From: Christensenellaceae bacterium
GTDB lineage: Bacteria; Bacillota; Clostridia; Christensenellales; DTU072
Direction: 5' to 3'
Assembly: GCA_031278175.1 (NCBI GenBank)
Contig: JAITLB010000266.1
Coordinates: forward strand, 1 to 47,459
Length of the DNA: 47,459 nucleotides
The translations under genes were made by a program, and so were the position numbers. The notes beneath the pieces were generated by a model. It saw nothing but the letters and a program-made list of their open reading frames with translations, searched no databases and had not been told where the DNA came from. This document shows positions 35,021 through 47,046 of this stretch, one piece after another. Within the stretch, counting starts at the first letter, position 1. Each line of letters opens with the position of its first letter.

Positions 35021-36346
35021 ATGCAGAGGGGAGAAATGGTATATGATAAAATTTGCAATGGAGAGACTAGCATCGGAGTTATCGGGTTAGGGTATGTAGG
35101 ATTGCCGCTAGCCGCAGAATTCGCTAGACGTGGGGTTAAGGTAATAGGATATGATATATCATTTACAAAAATTGAAAAATATATCTCCGGCATAGATGTC
35201 ACAAGAGAAATAGGTAACGAGTCTTTAAGATCTTCAGGTATCGAGTTTACATGTGATGAAAACAAATTAAAACTTTGCAAGTTTTTGATAGTTGCCGTGC
35301 CGACTCCAGTGTCACAAGACAAAATGCCAGATCTTTCGCCTGTAACAAGCGCTAGTGAGGTAGTAGGGCGAACAGTTAGTAAAGATTGTATTGTAGTCTA
35401 TGAATCCACTGTTTATCCTGGTGTGACTGAAGATATATGTGCTCCGATAATAGAGAAGATTTCAGGGCTTAGAGTAGGTCTAGATTTCAAAATTGGATAT
35501 TCACCTGAGCGCATTAATCCTGGTGATCCTATTCACCGTGTTAACAACATAGTAAAGATTGTATCGGGTTGTGACGATGGGGCCTTAGATGAAATTGCAA
35601 TGACATATAGCTTGATTATTGATGTTGGTGTATATAGAGCGGAAAGCATTAAAATAGCCGAAGCGGCAAAAGTCGTTGAAAATTCACAACGCGACATCAA
35701 TATAGCGTTTATGAACGAGTTAGCGATGGCATTTGATATAATGGAAATTGATACATCGCGAGTAGTAGCAGCGATGAACACCAAATGGAACGCGCTAGGG
35801 TTTACTCCTGGTTTGGTTGGTGGTCACTGTATAGGAGTTGATCCGTATTATTTCATATATAAAGCTGAGCAATTGGGTTATCATAGTCAAATTGTTGCAG
35901 CTGGTCGGCGCATTAACGATGGGATGGGTAAGTTCGTAGCAGAACGCACGATTAAACTTATGATCAAAGAGGGAATGCGCATCAAAGGTTCTAGAGTGTT
36001 GGTGCTGGGTGCAACATTCAAAGAAAACTGTCCTGACATCCGAAATTCTAAGGTGAATGATATTATAGAGTCACTTCTTGAATACGATGTTGAAATGTTC
36101 GTATATGATCCAGTAGCAGGTAAAGATGAGTTTTCAAACTGTTATGCTAGTTTGTCTGTTGAAGAAACAATGTTAGTAAATTTTGACTGCATTATTTGTG
36201 CAGTAAAGCATAACGAATTTCTAGCTTTAGGGTTAGATGGTATAGATAAAATGTATGGCAACAATGGGAAAGTTCTTATAGATGTTAAAAGCGCTTTCTC
36301 GACTCAGTTAGCAAAACAACTAGGTATTGCTTACTGGAATTTATAA
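35021..36346 (+). CDS. Nucleotide-sugar 6-dehydrogenase (UDP-glucose/GDP-mannose dehydrogenase family, TviB/WbpO-like)
   Basis: Rossmann motif IGVIGLGYVGLPLA and catalytic Cys in GGHCIGVDP. AAGGAG RBS. Confidence 0.85.
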   Translation: MQRGEMVYDKICNGETSIGVIGLGYVGLPLAAEFARRGVKVIGYDISFTKIEKYISGIDVTREIGNESLRSSGIEFTCDENKLKLCKFLIVAVPTPVSQDKMPDLSPVTSASEVVGRTVSKDCIVVYESTVYPGVTEDICAPIIEKISGLRVGLDFKIGYSPERINPGDPIHRVNNIVKIVSGCDDGALDEIAMTYSLIIDVGVYRAESIKIAEAAKVVENSQRDINIAFMNELAMAFDIMEIDTSRVVAAMNTKWNALGFTPGLVGGHCIGVDPYYFIYKAEQLGYHSQIVAAGRRINDGMGKFVAERTIKLMIKEGMRIKGSRVLVLGATFKENCPDIRNSKVNDIIESLLEYDVEMFVYDPVAGKDEFSNCYASLSVEETMLVNFDCIICAVKHNEFLALGLDGIDKMYGNNGKVLIDVKSAFSTQLAKQLGIAYWNL

Positions 36347-36376
36347 ACAAACTTAAATATTTAGGAGTAAAAGTAA

Positions 36377-36820
36377 ATGAACAAACGCGATATGATAGAA
36401 AAAGCAATAGCGGATGGGGTTATCAAACGTACCGATGTAGTATTACATGGCACGTTTATCATTGAAGCTAAGGATGTTGCTAAGCATGTGGCAAAAGCCA
36501 CAGTGGCTGCGATGGTGGGTGTTAGATTAACAATGCAACCAACTCCGCTTGTTGCAATAATAAGACCAGATGGTATTTTAATTGTAAGAGGGACAACTGG
36601 TTTTATAGGCATGACATATAAGCTTAAACCCGACACGACTGTATTCATTCCAAGAAACCAGATAGTAAATATTGAAATGATAAAAGAAAATGCAAAACGC
36701 ATTATAATAGCAATTACTGTTGCAGAAGGTCCAAGTTACAGCAAATTCAAGATGACCCTGAAAATGTTTGACAAGGAAGCACCTATATCAACAGGAAAGA
36801 TAGCACTAGGATTTAGATAG
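36377..36820 (+). CDS. Hypothetical protein (147 aa)
   Basis: AGGAG RBS and operon position after the dehydrogenase. No motif recognised; a bacterial PH-like fold is only a guess. Confidence 0.55.
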   Translation: MNKRDMIEKAIADGVIKRTDVVLHGTFIIEAKDVAKHVAKATVAAMVGVRLTMQPTPLVAIIRPDGILIVRGTTGFIGMTYKLKPDTTVFIPRNQIVNIEMIKENAKRIIIAITVAEGPSYSKFKMTLKMFDKEAPISTGKIALGFR

Positions 36821-37617
36821 AGTGGTGTGAGACCATGTAGCATTGTTTCATCTTGTGAGTGGTGAAAATCGTTGACAAGTGCTAGTACAGTGTTAGTTTG
36901 TTTTCTCTTGCATTTTATTTTAAATAGTCATATTTATTTTTGCACTTGTTAAGTAGCTTTACTAAATTCTGTGAGGCGCAAAGTTAGTGTGTCGTTATCG
37001 CATGCCAATTTGCTAGTGCTACACTAACCTACAAATTGAGTTCAAATTAATTTATATGTGGCATTAAGAAGGGCATCAAAAATCAAATCAAGCGATGTAC
37101 GGACGCAAATTGCGGGTTTTACTATATGGCAATAGTTGCTGTGTGAAATATTACATACAGACAGATGCAACAAACCACTTTCCAAATACTGGCGCAAAAA
37201 CAATTGCCACACTGCGACAAGTTGTTTTTTCGATTAGCAATTTCTGATAGTTTAAGCAGGTTTAGACTTGTAATAACTTGTCAAATTGAGAAAATGCCAA
37301 AACTGATTTGAGGCAAAGGGGTAATGCTAACAAATAGTAATTGTTAAATTTTGAAATAGTAAGTTAAAAAAATTCTAGAGTGCTAGTTGGGGCAGCTTGA
37401 GTGTTAGGTTTCAACATAATTGTTTTGTTTATGACTTTGCGCACTCTAAGCTAAAGCCCCGACAAGTGAAGATGAATTTTACTACAAACAGTTTTTTAAA
37501 TAGAATATAGTTTGCTAACATTGATATAAAAAATAGCATATTATGCCTTATGGCGAGAGTTTTTTAACTTCATTTGCAAAAAATTGATTTTTGTAGTCGT
37601 TAGCATATTTAATTTGC

Positions 37618-37645
37618 TTGCAATTTATATAATTGAGAGTATAAT
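37618..37645 (+). promoter_or_regulatory. atp operon promoter
   Basis: TTGCAA, 16 nt, TATAAT, about 64 nt upstream of atpB. Confidence 0.55.
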
Positions 37646-37708
37646 TTTAATTCATCATTTAATTGGTGTAGCAGCAGTTACTATATTGAATGAAATCTAA
37701 GTCTAAAG

Positions 37709-38455
37709 GTGTCGAAAGTGTATTCGTTACTTAGCGGAAAATTTATAGACTTTTGGAAAAGTCAGTACGAAGAAGCATTCGGCGGTGGGATGAGAGAAGC
37801 AGTACAAGAGGCGATTAACCCTGAAAAAGTTAATTTTCTTGGATTGCAGGCTAACCCAGCCATTTATTCAGCACTTATTGCTTCGGGCTTGATTATCGCA
37901 TTTGCAATTATAGTGCGCATTTTTGTAATTCCGCGATTTAAGAAAAACCCTAAAGGACTACAACTCATCTTGGAGAGCTTTACGACATATTTCGATCGTT
38001 CTGCAACATCATCTCTAGAAGAAAAACATGGCAGTTTCGTTGGCCCATATATTTTTACAATGGCTACATTTATTGCAGTGGGAACGCTCATAGAGGTGCT
38101 TGGGTTTAGACCAGCATTTGCAAGCATCAATTCAAGTTTTGCTTGCGGTGTGTCTACATTTCTCATCATAAATATATGTGGGTTCAGAGAAAAGAAATTA
38201 CATCGAATTAGGCGTTATGTACCCAATGTTATGAATATAATGTCTGATTTAGCAGTGCCGCTTTCATTATCGCTACGACTCTTTGGTTCGATAATGAGTG
38301 GCTTTATTATTATAGAACTGTTATATACTTCTATCTTCATGAGCTTTGCAATACCTGCCGTAGTGACGATAATTACAACATTTTTTCACGCAGCACTTCA
38401 ATCATATCTTTTTGCATCGCTAAGTGTGATATTTGTAAAAGAGGCTATAGAATAG
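37709..38455 (+). CDS. atpB: F0F1 ATP synthase subunit a
   Basis: LSLRLFGSIMSG contains the essential Arg. Multi-TM protein. The start is uncertain: GTG at 37709, or GTG at 37718 behind AAAGGTG. Confidence 0.85.
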   Translation: MSKVYSLLSGKFIDFWKSQYEEAFGGGMREAVQEAINPEKVNFLGLQANPAIYSALIASGLIIAFAIIVRIFVIPRFKKNPKGLQLILESFTTYFDRSATSSLEEKHGSFVGPYIFTMATFIAVGTLIEVLGFRPAFASINSSFACGVSTFLIINICGFREKKLHRIRRYVPNVMNIMSDLAVPLSLSLRLFGSIMSGFIIIELLYTSIFMSFAIPAVVTIITTFFHAALQSYLFASLSVIFVKEAIE

Positions 38456-38489
38456 AAAAATTAAATTTATAATTTAAGAGGAGTAACTT

Positions 38490-38735
38490 ATGTTATTACA
38501 AATTTTAATTGCAATAGATACACTAGGTCCGCTAGGCGCTGGCTTAGTTTTAGGTCTTACAGGTCTAGGTGCTGGCATTGGTATGGGAATGGCTGTAAGT
38601 AAAGCTACCGATGCAATTAGCCGACAACCCGAAGCAGATGGAAAGATAAGATCTGCGCTGATGGTGGGCTTAGCGTTTATAGAGACGCTTGCGATATATA
38701 GTCTATTAATTGCTATAATGCTAATAACGATGTAG
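38490..38735 (+). CDS. atpE: F0F1 ATP synthase subunit c
   Basis: 81 aa. GLGAGIGMGMA glycine helix, RQPE loop, carboxylate in AFIETLAIY. Confidence 0.92.
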   Translation: MLLQILIAIDTLGPLGAGLVLGLTGLGAGIGMGMAVSKATDAISRQPEADGKIRSALMVGLAFIETLAIYSLLIAIMLITM

Positions 38736-38750
38736 TTGGAGAAGTAAATT

Positions 38751-39263
38751 ATGACATGTTTACTTTTGGCAGAAATGCCATTGGGTTTTAACTTTATTGA
38801 AATATTGCTTCATATGGCAAACATTGCTATTCTCTTGATAGTTATGAGGTTCTTGATTTACAAGCCCGTAAAAAAGTTTATGGCAAAACGCGCATCTGAA
38901 TATGCAACGCGCGATGCTGAGACAGAAAAAAGCAAAGCCGATGCCGAAGCACTAAAGGAAAAGTACGAGAGTCTGCTCAATAACGCACAAAGTGAAGCAC
39001 TTAGAATTAGTGAAGATGCTACCCTTGTCGCCAATGCTAGTGCAGAACGGATAATACAGGACGCTAAGAAAAAAGCCACAACGATAATTGAAAAGACCGA
39101 AGAAGAGTTAAGAATAAAGGCGACAGAAGATAAAGAAGCTATGGCTGGTGCTATTTCCGAGTTAGCTGTTGCAATGGCCACTAAGATCTTAGATAGAGAA
39201 TTCAGACAAAAAGATAACGACGCTGTAATTAACCTTATAGTGGGTGAATGGAAGAAAAACTAG
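38751..39263 (+). CDS. atpF: F0F1 ATP synthase subunit b
   Basis: 170 aa. N-terminal TM helix then a long charged helix. Operon position. Confidence 0.85.
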   Translation: MTCLLLAEMPLGFNFIEILLHMANIAILLIVMRFLIYKPVKKFMAKRASEYATRDAETEKSKADAEALKEKYESLLNNAQSEALRISEDATLVANASAERIIQDAKKKATTIIEKTEEELRIKATEDKEAMAGAISELAVAMATKILDREFRQKDNDAVINLIVGEWKKN

Positions 39264-39265
39264 AG

Positions 39266-39619
39266 GATGTAGTGTGTTATATGGACACATGGTTTAATTT
39301 AAATCTTGCAGTCCACAAGGCGCACTTAAGTAAAAATACGTTATTGATGTAAATCCTAATGTTTGAATTAGTACAAACCAGAGGAATGGTGCAATAGATG
39401 CAAAAAGTTATTATAAAATCATCGGTTGAATTAACGCGTGAGCAAAAGCTAAAACTAGAAACAGGATTAAATAAAGTTGCAAGCGATATCGATTATATAA
39501 TTGACGAGGAATTGATAGGTGGTATTGCTATAATTGATGGCGACAAGACATTAGACGCAACCGCATTACAAGATTTAGTAGACATGAAGCGATTGACTGA
39601 TAAACTCGTATACGAGTCT
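39266..39619 (+). pseudogene. atpH: Remnant of ATP synthase delta (OSCP) gene: 5'-truncated, two in-frame stops, 3' part fused to atpA
   Basis: In the atpA frame: ...NLNLAVHKAHLSKNTLLM*ILMFELVQTRGMVQ*MQKVIIKSSVELTREQKLKLETGLNKVASDIDYIIDEELIGGIAIIDGDKTLDATALQDL. Colinear by eye with the C-terminal ~100 residues of bacterial delta. Stops are TAA at 39350 and TAG at 39395. Confidence 0.6.
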
Positions 39620-41131
39620 ATGAGCAAAGGAATCGCCATTAAAGATATCCCAAATCTATTAAAAGAGCGCGCAAAAGACATAATTGATAACAAACTTGAT
39701 TTCAAGATCTGTGGCAAGGTAATATCAGCAGCAGACGGAGTTGTGCACATAGATGGGTTAAACAATTGCTGTTACGGTGAACTGTTATTAATTGGCAATG
39801 ATGCTTTTGCTCTTGCAATGAATTTAACAAAAGACAGCATAGGTGCTATTTTATTGAGTAGTAGTTCAGTCGGTTACGGTGATACTGCGTATGCAACAGG
39901 TAGAATAATTGAAGTTCCAGTAGGTGACACACTATTAGGTCGTGTTGTTGATCCGTTGGGTAATGCTTTAGATGCTAGACCTGCAATTAGAGCGACACAG
40001 TCAAGACGCATTGAATTTCCTGCGCCAGGGATAGTAGATAGAGCGAAAGTTAAGCAATCCCTGTCGACAGGCATTTTAGCAATTGATGCAATGATCCCGA
40101 TCGGCAAAGGGCAGCGCGAATTGATAATAGGCGATAGGCAAACTGGCAAAACTTCAATAGCAATAGATACAATAATTAACCAGCGTGATAAAGACGTAAT
40201 TTGCATTTATGTCGCAATAGGGCAGCGTGCAGCCGCTGTCAGTAAAATAGCAAGAACACTAGAAGAACGTGATGCCCTGAAGCACACTATAATTGTATTA
40301 TCAACTGCATCCGATGCTGCACCTTTGCAATATATAGCACCTTATACTGGTGCAGCTATCGCAGAACATTTTATGTATGCGGGCAAGGATGTGTTAATAG
40401 TATATGATGATTTAAGCAAGCATGCTGTGGCATATAGAACTATCTCATTATTGTTAAAGCGACCAGCAGGTAGAGAAGCATACCCAGGTGATATATTTTA
40501 TATTCATAGTAAGCTCTTAGAACGAGCAGCAAAACTATCGCCAGAATTAGGTGGAGGTTCAACGACCGCACTACCTATAATAGAAACGCAAGCTGGTGAC
40601 ATTTCTGCATATATCCCAACGAACGTAATAAGCATAACAGACGGACAAATCTATTTAGAAGGTGAACTATTTAAAGCGGGACAACGTCCAGCCGTCAATG
40701 TGGGTTTATCAGTTAGTAGAGTGGGTGGGGCGGCGCAGACAAAGTTGATGCGTTTGCTCAGTGCGCAAATGCGCTTAGAGATAGCTCATTATCGCGAGTT
40801 ATCTGTTTTTGCGCAATTTGGATCTTCACTAGATGACACAACTAAAGAAATATTAGTCTACGGCGCAAAGATCGTTGAGGCGATCAAACAACCCGAATAT
40901 AGTCCATTAGGCGAATTACAAGAAGAGATATATTTATATGCCATTGTAAACAAAGCGCTTAAAAATGTGACGGTAAACCGTGTCAGGGAGTTTCTAGAAG
41001 CATATTACAAATATGTAGTAGCTCAAGCACCTGAAATGTGCAGTGAAATTGAGCGTGATGGGGCATTGAACGATGTCAACGAGCAACTATTAAAAAAACT
41101 GACAAGTGATTTTGTAAGTGCCTTTAAATAA
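39398..41131 (+). CDS. atpA: F0F1 ATP synthase subunit alpha (ORF carries a 74-aa delta-derived N-terminal extension; canonical start is ATG 39620)
   Basis: Walker A GDRQTGKTS. From Met75, MSKGIAIKDIPNLLKERAKDI...GKVISAADGVVHIDGL aligns with normal alpha N-termini, giving about 503 aa. Confidence 0.9.
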   Translation: MQKVIIKSSVELTREQKLKLETGLNKVASDIDYIIDEELIGGIAIIDGDKTLDATALQDLVDMKRLTDKLVYESMSKGIAIKDIPNLLKERAKDIIDNKLDFKICGKVISAADGVVHIDGLNNCCYGELLLIGNDAFALAMNLTKDSIGAILLSSSSVGYGDTAYATGRIIEVPVGDTLLGRVVDPLGNALDARPAIRATQSRRIEFPAPGIVDRAKVKQSLSTGILAIDAMIPIGKGQRELIIGDRQTGKTSIAIDTIINQRDKDVICIYVAIGQRAAAVSKIARTLEERDALKHTIIVLSTASDAAPLQYIAPYTGAAIAEHFMYAGKDVLIVYDDLSKHAVAYRTISLLLKRPAGREAYPGDIFYIHSKLLERAAKLSPELGGGSTTALPIIETQAGDISAYIPTNVISITDGQIYLEGELFKAGQRPAVNVGLSVSRVGGAAQTKLMRLLSAQMRLEIAHYRELSVFAQFGSSLDDTTKEILVYGAKIVEAIKQPEYSPLGELQEEIYLYAIVNKALKNVTVNRVREFLEAYYKYVVAQAPEMCSEIERDGALNDVNEQLLKKLTSDFVSAFK

Positions 41132-41145
41132 TCCTGGAGCAAAAA

Positions 41146-42006
41146 ATGCAGAATATAATAGATATTAAAAATCATGTAAAAAGCATTAAGGACACGGCAC
41201 AGATCACCAAAGCAATGGAGTTTATCAGTGTGTCTAGAATGCGCAAAGCGAACGATAAATTCCAGAAAAACAGTAGATACTTTTTGCGCGTGCGACAGAT
41301 TCTAAATGATATTTTAAATCACAAAGGCGACATTCAGCATTCCTATCTTCAGCATCGAGCAACACAAAGAACCGCATTTGTGATAATTGCTGGAGATAAT
41401 GGTCTAGCAGGAGATTACAATCGCAGAGTGTTAGATTTTGCAATGAAGCAGATGAAAGAGGTTAGTGATGAAAAAAGCATCTTCATAATAGGTCAAATGG
41501 CTAATGAGTATTTTAGGCGTGAAGGTATAATTCCAGATGTCGAGTTTTTATATTATGGACAAGATCCGACACTAGAGGATGCTAGACGGATAACGGGCGA
41601 TCTTGTCAATCTGTATGACGAAAACATGATTGATGAGGTAAGAATAATATACACTGCAGAATCTCATAAGCAAAACGAAGCGCATATGTTGCGACTGTTA
41701 CCACTCCTTAAAGAGGATTTTATTGATGAGGATGGTGTTAATAAAAACAAATCTGATTTTGAATTTGATCCGTCAGCAGAGGAAGTGTTTGATATATTAG
41801 CACCTCAATATGTGGTAGGACTCACTTATAGTTGCTTAATACAAGCAGTTAGATGCGAACACAGTGAGCGGATGGTGACAATGCATAATGCCACTAACAA
41901 TGCGCAGCAGATGACCGAAAGCCTAGAGCTGGAGTATCACAGAGCACGGCAAGCACAAATCACCACTGAATTAACAGAAATCAGTTCGTTTAAAACGAAC
42001 CTGTAG
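41146..42006 (+). CDS. atpG: F0F1 ATP synthase subunit gamma
   Basis: 286 aa. IKDTAQITKAMEFISVSRMRKA N-terminal helix and C-terminal RQAQITTELTEI. Confidence 0.9.
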   Translation: MQNIIDIKNHVKSIKDTAQITKAMEFISVSRMRKANDKFQKNSRYFLRVRQILNDILNHKGDIQHSYLQHRATQRTAFVIIAGDNGLAGDYNRRVLDFAMKQMKEVSDEKSIFIIGQMANEYFRREGIIPDVEFLYYGQDPTLEDARRITGDLVNLYDENMIDEVRIIYTAESHKQNEAHMLRLLPLLKEDFIDEDGVNKNKSDFEFDPSAEEVFDILAPQYVVGLTYSCLIQAVRCEHSERMVTMHNATNNAQQMTESLELEYHRARQAQITTELTEISSFKTNL

Positions 42007-42129
42007 CATTCAATGAGCAGATAAGTGCGGCGATAGTTCGAAGAGCTAAAGGCAATGTTAAAGGCATAGCAGAACAAATAGACTATCTAAATAATATATA
42101 GTGCTAGTAGAGATAGTCCACAAAAGTAG

Positions 42130-43966
<1,837 letters not shown>

Positions 43967-44122
43967 ATTGCTATGACGACATGGAAATTTGCAAAATCAA
44001 ATATGGTGTATTAATATGCATTATGCCGCAGACCAAAGCGTGCGCGCTCATGTTAGATGAGATCTTTATTATTAGTGCGAAATTTAAAAAGAGTTTATTA
44101 AGATCGATTAAGCAAGGAAAAA

Positions 44123-44713
44123 CTATACAAAATTCTTAATGAAACTCTTTCTATGGATAGGACAAGGTCCGTATTTTTTTAAAGCAGCGATGTGCGTGGT
44201 TGTACCATAACCTTTATGTAAATCAAATCCGTATTCAGGATATTGTCTAGCATACTCTATCATTAAGTCATCGCGTGCGACTTTTGCTAGTATTGAAGCA
44301 GCAGCAATAGAATAACTAAGCGTGTCGCCATGTATAATTGAAATGCACTCCATAGGCAAATCTAAACGCAGTGCATCACATAACACTACGTCTGGTGCAA
44401 TTTCTAAATTAGCAACTGCCTGTGTCATCGCCAGTTTTGTGGCATTTAAAATGTTAATTTCATCTATGACAGTCTCATTGATAAATTGAATAGAGTGAGT
44501 GCAAGATTTAAGTTCACTAAACAATGTGCGTCGTTTTTTATCGGTTAGTTTTTTGCTGTCATCCACATCCGATAATATTTTAGAAAAATTGGGGATTATA
44601 GCGCATGCTACAACAGGTCCTGCTAATGGCCCACGTCCGACTTCGTCGATGCCACAAATTATTAAGCTTTGTGCCAAATATGTATTTTCGTAATCAAATT
44701 TTGCTGTGTTCAT
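44123..44713 (-). CDS. rnhB: Ribonuclease HII
   Basis: [15 protein letters not shown] active-site motif. 196 aa. Confidence 0.92.
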   Translation of the reverse strand: MNTAKFDYENTYLAQSLIICGIDEVGRGPLAGPVVACAIIPNFSKILSDVDDSKKLTDKKRRTLFSELKSCTHSIQFINETVIDEINILNATKLAMTQAVANLEIAPDVVLCDALRLDLPMECISIIHGDTLSYSIAAASILAKVARDDLMIEYARQYPEYGFDLHKGYGTTTHIAALKKYGPCPIHRKSFIKNFV

Positions 44714-44718
44714 AATAG

Positions 44719-45570
44719 TTAAAGTAATGGAATCTCATCTAAAACAAATTTGCCTATTTGTCCTTTTCTAAATTCATTGATAAATGCAGATGCTGCTCTT
44801 TCAATATCGGGAGTATCACCTTTCAATCTATACCCACGGAGCAGAGTAATTTCCTCTAAGATGCCTAGCGGATTATGTGCATTAATATCGGATATGTTAT
44901 ATCGGGTTGCAAGCTTATTAGGTGCCAATTTGCACAGTATTTTGATACCTAAAAGCGCAAGTTCGCATTTATCAAGGACATCGTCTTTTATGCTACCTAT
45001 AAGTGCTAATCGTGTGGCTTTCTCCTGATCCTTGAAATCGGGATACAAGACACCAGGACTATCTAGCAAGTCAATGTACTTGTCAATTGCTACCCATTGT
45101 TTTCCACGTGTTACACCAGGTCGGTCACCTGTCACTGTCTTTTTCTCGGCAGTTAAACTGTTTATAAGAGTTGATTTACCGACATTAGGTATGCCGATAA
45201 CCATTGCCCGTATAGTTTTTTCAACACCTTTTTTCCTATATCTCTCAGATATCACAGATGCCGTTTCTTTAAGTCCATTTTTAACAGCAAGCGCATCTGT
45301 TTTGTGCGCACTATCGGCAAAGACGAAATTATATTTTGCCATCTGGAAATATCTTTTCCAAAGTTTGGCATCATCTGGTTCAATTAGATCGTATTTGTTT
45401 ATTACAAAAAGTCTTGGTCTATTACCTATGACAGCGTCAAATGCAGGATTCATACATGACATTGGTGCTCTTGCGTCTAACACTTGAATAACGCAATCGA
45501 CTCTAGATAGTTCCGTAGCCATCATACGAATTGCTTTTGTCATATGTCCAGGAAACCAATGTATATGCAT
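44719..45570 (-). CDS. rbgA: Ribosome biogenesis GTPase A (YlqF)
   Basis: [10 protein letters not shown], circularly permuted GTPase order (NKYDL before GIPNVGKST). Confidence 0.9.
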   Translation of the reverse strand: MHIHWFPGHMTKAIRMMATELSRVDCVIQVLDARAPMSCMNPAFDAVIGNRPRLFVINKYDLIEPDDAKLWKRYFQMAKYNFVFADSAHKTDALAVKNGLKETASVISERYRKKGVEKTIRAMVIGIPNVGKSTLINSLTAEKKTVTGDRPGVTRGKQWVAIDKYIDLLDSPGVLYPDFKDQEKATRLALIGSIKDDVLDKCELALLGIKILCKLAPNKLATRYNISDINAHNPLGILEEITLLRGYRLKGDTPDIERAASAFINEFRKGQIGKFVLDEIPLL

Positions 45571-45572
45571 TA

Positions 45573-46262
45573 TTAAACCTCGAGCTTGTCGGTAGAATTT
45601 AAAAGATCAGGTCGTCTTGCCAATGTCAATTTGAGGCTTTCAGATTTGCGCCATTCGTATATTTTCTTATGATCACCGCTAAGCAAGACATCAGGCACAG
45701 GTAAATCCATAAATACCCGTGGTCTAGTGTAATGCGGATATTCTAAAAGTCCTTCGGAAAAACTTTCTTCTTCAGTTGAAATCTCAGAACCAAGTACTCC
45801 TGGAATATATCTTGCTATAGCGTTAATGACAACTAATGAAGCAAAGTCGCCTGAAGTTAGTACAAAGTCACCTATTGATAATTCTTCATCAATATCCAAA
45901 TCGATTATGCGTTCATCTATGCCCTCATAACTACCATTGACGAGCATTATATGTGAGAGCTTAGACAGTTTTAATACGGTTTTCTGATCGAGTTTGTGAC
46001 CTTTGGGGCTAAGATATATCCGATGGTAGCAATGGTCAACATCATTAGCAGTAATTGCATCATGCAAAGGTTGTGGTGTCATCACCATACCTGCACCGCC
46101 ACCAAACGGAGTATCATCGCATCTTTGATGTTTATCTTTAGAATAATCGCGTATATTTACAACGTTTACAGCAAGAGATGATTCGCTGAGAGCGCGGCCC
46201 AAGACACTTGTATTTAATGCGGAATAAATTTCTGGAAACAAAGTAAGAACGCTAATTATCAT
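45573..46262 (-). CDS. trmD: tRNA (guanine37-N1)-methyltransferase
   Basis: VLTLFPEIY...GGGAGMVM...SYEGIDERI. ATG at 46262 is preferred over the TTG at 46274. Overlaps the rimM end. Confidence 0.9.
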   Translation of the reverse strand: MIISVLTLFPEIYSALNTSVLGRALSESSLAVNVVNIRDYSKDKHQRCDDTPFGGGAGMVMTPQPLHDAITANDVDHCYHRIYLSPKGHKLDQKTVLKLSKLSHIMLVNGSYEGIDERIIDLDIDEELSIGDFVLTSGDFASLVVINAIARYIPGVLGSEISTEEESFSEGLLEYPHYTRPRVFMDLPVPDVLLSGDHKKIYEWRKSESLKLTLARRPDLLNSTDKLEV

Positions 46263-46779
46263 AATATACCGCAACTTTTTCTAATTCTTCGGCACTGACA
46301 AGGATAGTTTTCTCTTCTAAATTTGTACTGAGGACAACAGTTCTAATAGCAGGGAACATGAAAGGTCTGTCACCTTTTACACAATAAACATCTGCCGAAC
46401 CATTCGTTAAAATATCCTCTAACACACCATAAGTTTTTAAACCATCGGTAATTTCAAATTGTTTAAGATCAGCAATATAGTATTCATTTTCATTTGTAGC
46501 GGGCCGATTGTTTTCATCAACAAATAGTTCCAGATCGCGAAATTTATCAGCGTCTGTGCGATTGTCTAAACCTGCTAACTTGAGAATGACGTGCTTGTCA
46601 TCGATTCGAGCTTTTTCTACTACATACTCATTGCCAGATATTATAAACTTTTTAATACTTGAAAATAAATCGGGTGTGTTTGTAAGAGGTTGAATTTTTA
46701 ATTCTCCCTTGATCCCATGTGGCTTAAGTATTAAACCTGCGCAGAGTAGATCTTTATCTTGCTTCAACGAGAATGTCAT
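46252..46779 (-). CDS. rimM: 16S rRNA processing protein RimM
   Basis: LCAGLILKPHGIKGELKIQPLT is a RimM N-terminal motif. The start is uncertain (ATG 46779 or 46803). Confidence 0.8.
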   Translation of the reverse strand: MTFSLKQDKDLLCAGLILKPHGIKGELKIQPLTNTPDLFSSIKKFIISGNEYVVEKARIDDKHVILKLAGLDNRTDADKFRDLELFVDENNRPATNENEYYIADLKQFEITDGLKTYGVLEDILTNGSADVYCVKGDRPFMFPAIRTVVLSTNLEEKTILVSAEELEKVAVYYDN

Positions 46780-46984
46780 AGACCATATCGGTGTTATGCG
46801 CATGTGCGCGAATGAATGTGCGTAATGCTTTTATCATGCGTCCTTGCTTTCCAATAATTTTAGGCAGATTATCAGGTGATGTTAAGATTTTAATTGTGCC
46901 TTGTGCGCCATCTTCAAACAGAATGATCTCATAGTCTTTATCATCTACAACGTAACTTAATAGATAATCAATTAAATCGTGCAT
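46754..46984 (-). CDS. khpA: KH-domain RNA-binding protein (YlqC/KhpA, UPF0109)
   Basis: 76 aa. IIGKQGRMIKALRT is a GxxG KH motif. AGAGGA RBS. Confidence 0.8.
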   Translation of the reverse strand: MHDLIDYLLSYVVDDKDYEIILFEDGAQGTIKILTSPDNLPKIIGKQGRMIKALRTFIRAHAHNTDMVYDILVEAR

Positions 46985-47017
46985 AATTTAATCCTCTTTA
47001 ATGTAGTCAATACTAAT

Positions 47018-47046
47018 ATTATACAACCAAATTGCATTTAACTCAA
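47018..47046 (-). promoter_or_regulatory. Promoter of the khpA-rimM-trmD-rbgA-rnhB cluster
   Basis: Minus strand reads TTGAGT, 17 nt, TATAAT. It lies about 34 nt upstream of the khpA ATG. Confidence 0.5.

Noticed and set aside
38490-38735. Possible Na+-binding signature in the c subunit (E-T...Y in IETLAIY).
   Set aside because: The helix-1 position that is Gln in Na+-translocating c rings aligns by eye with Met here (GMGMAVSKA...RQPE). The motif is therefore incomplete, and a proton-coupled enzyme is the default.
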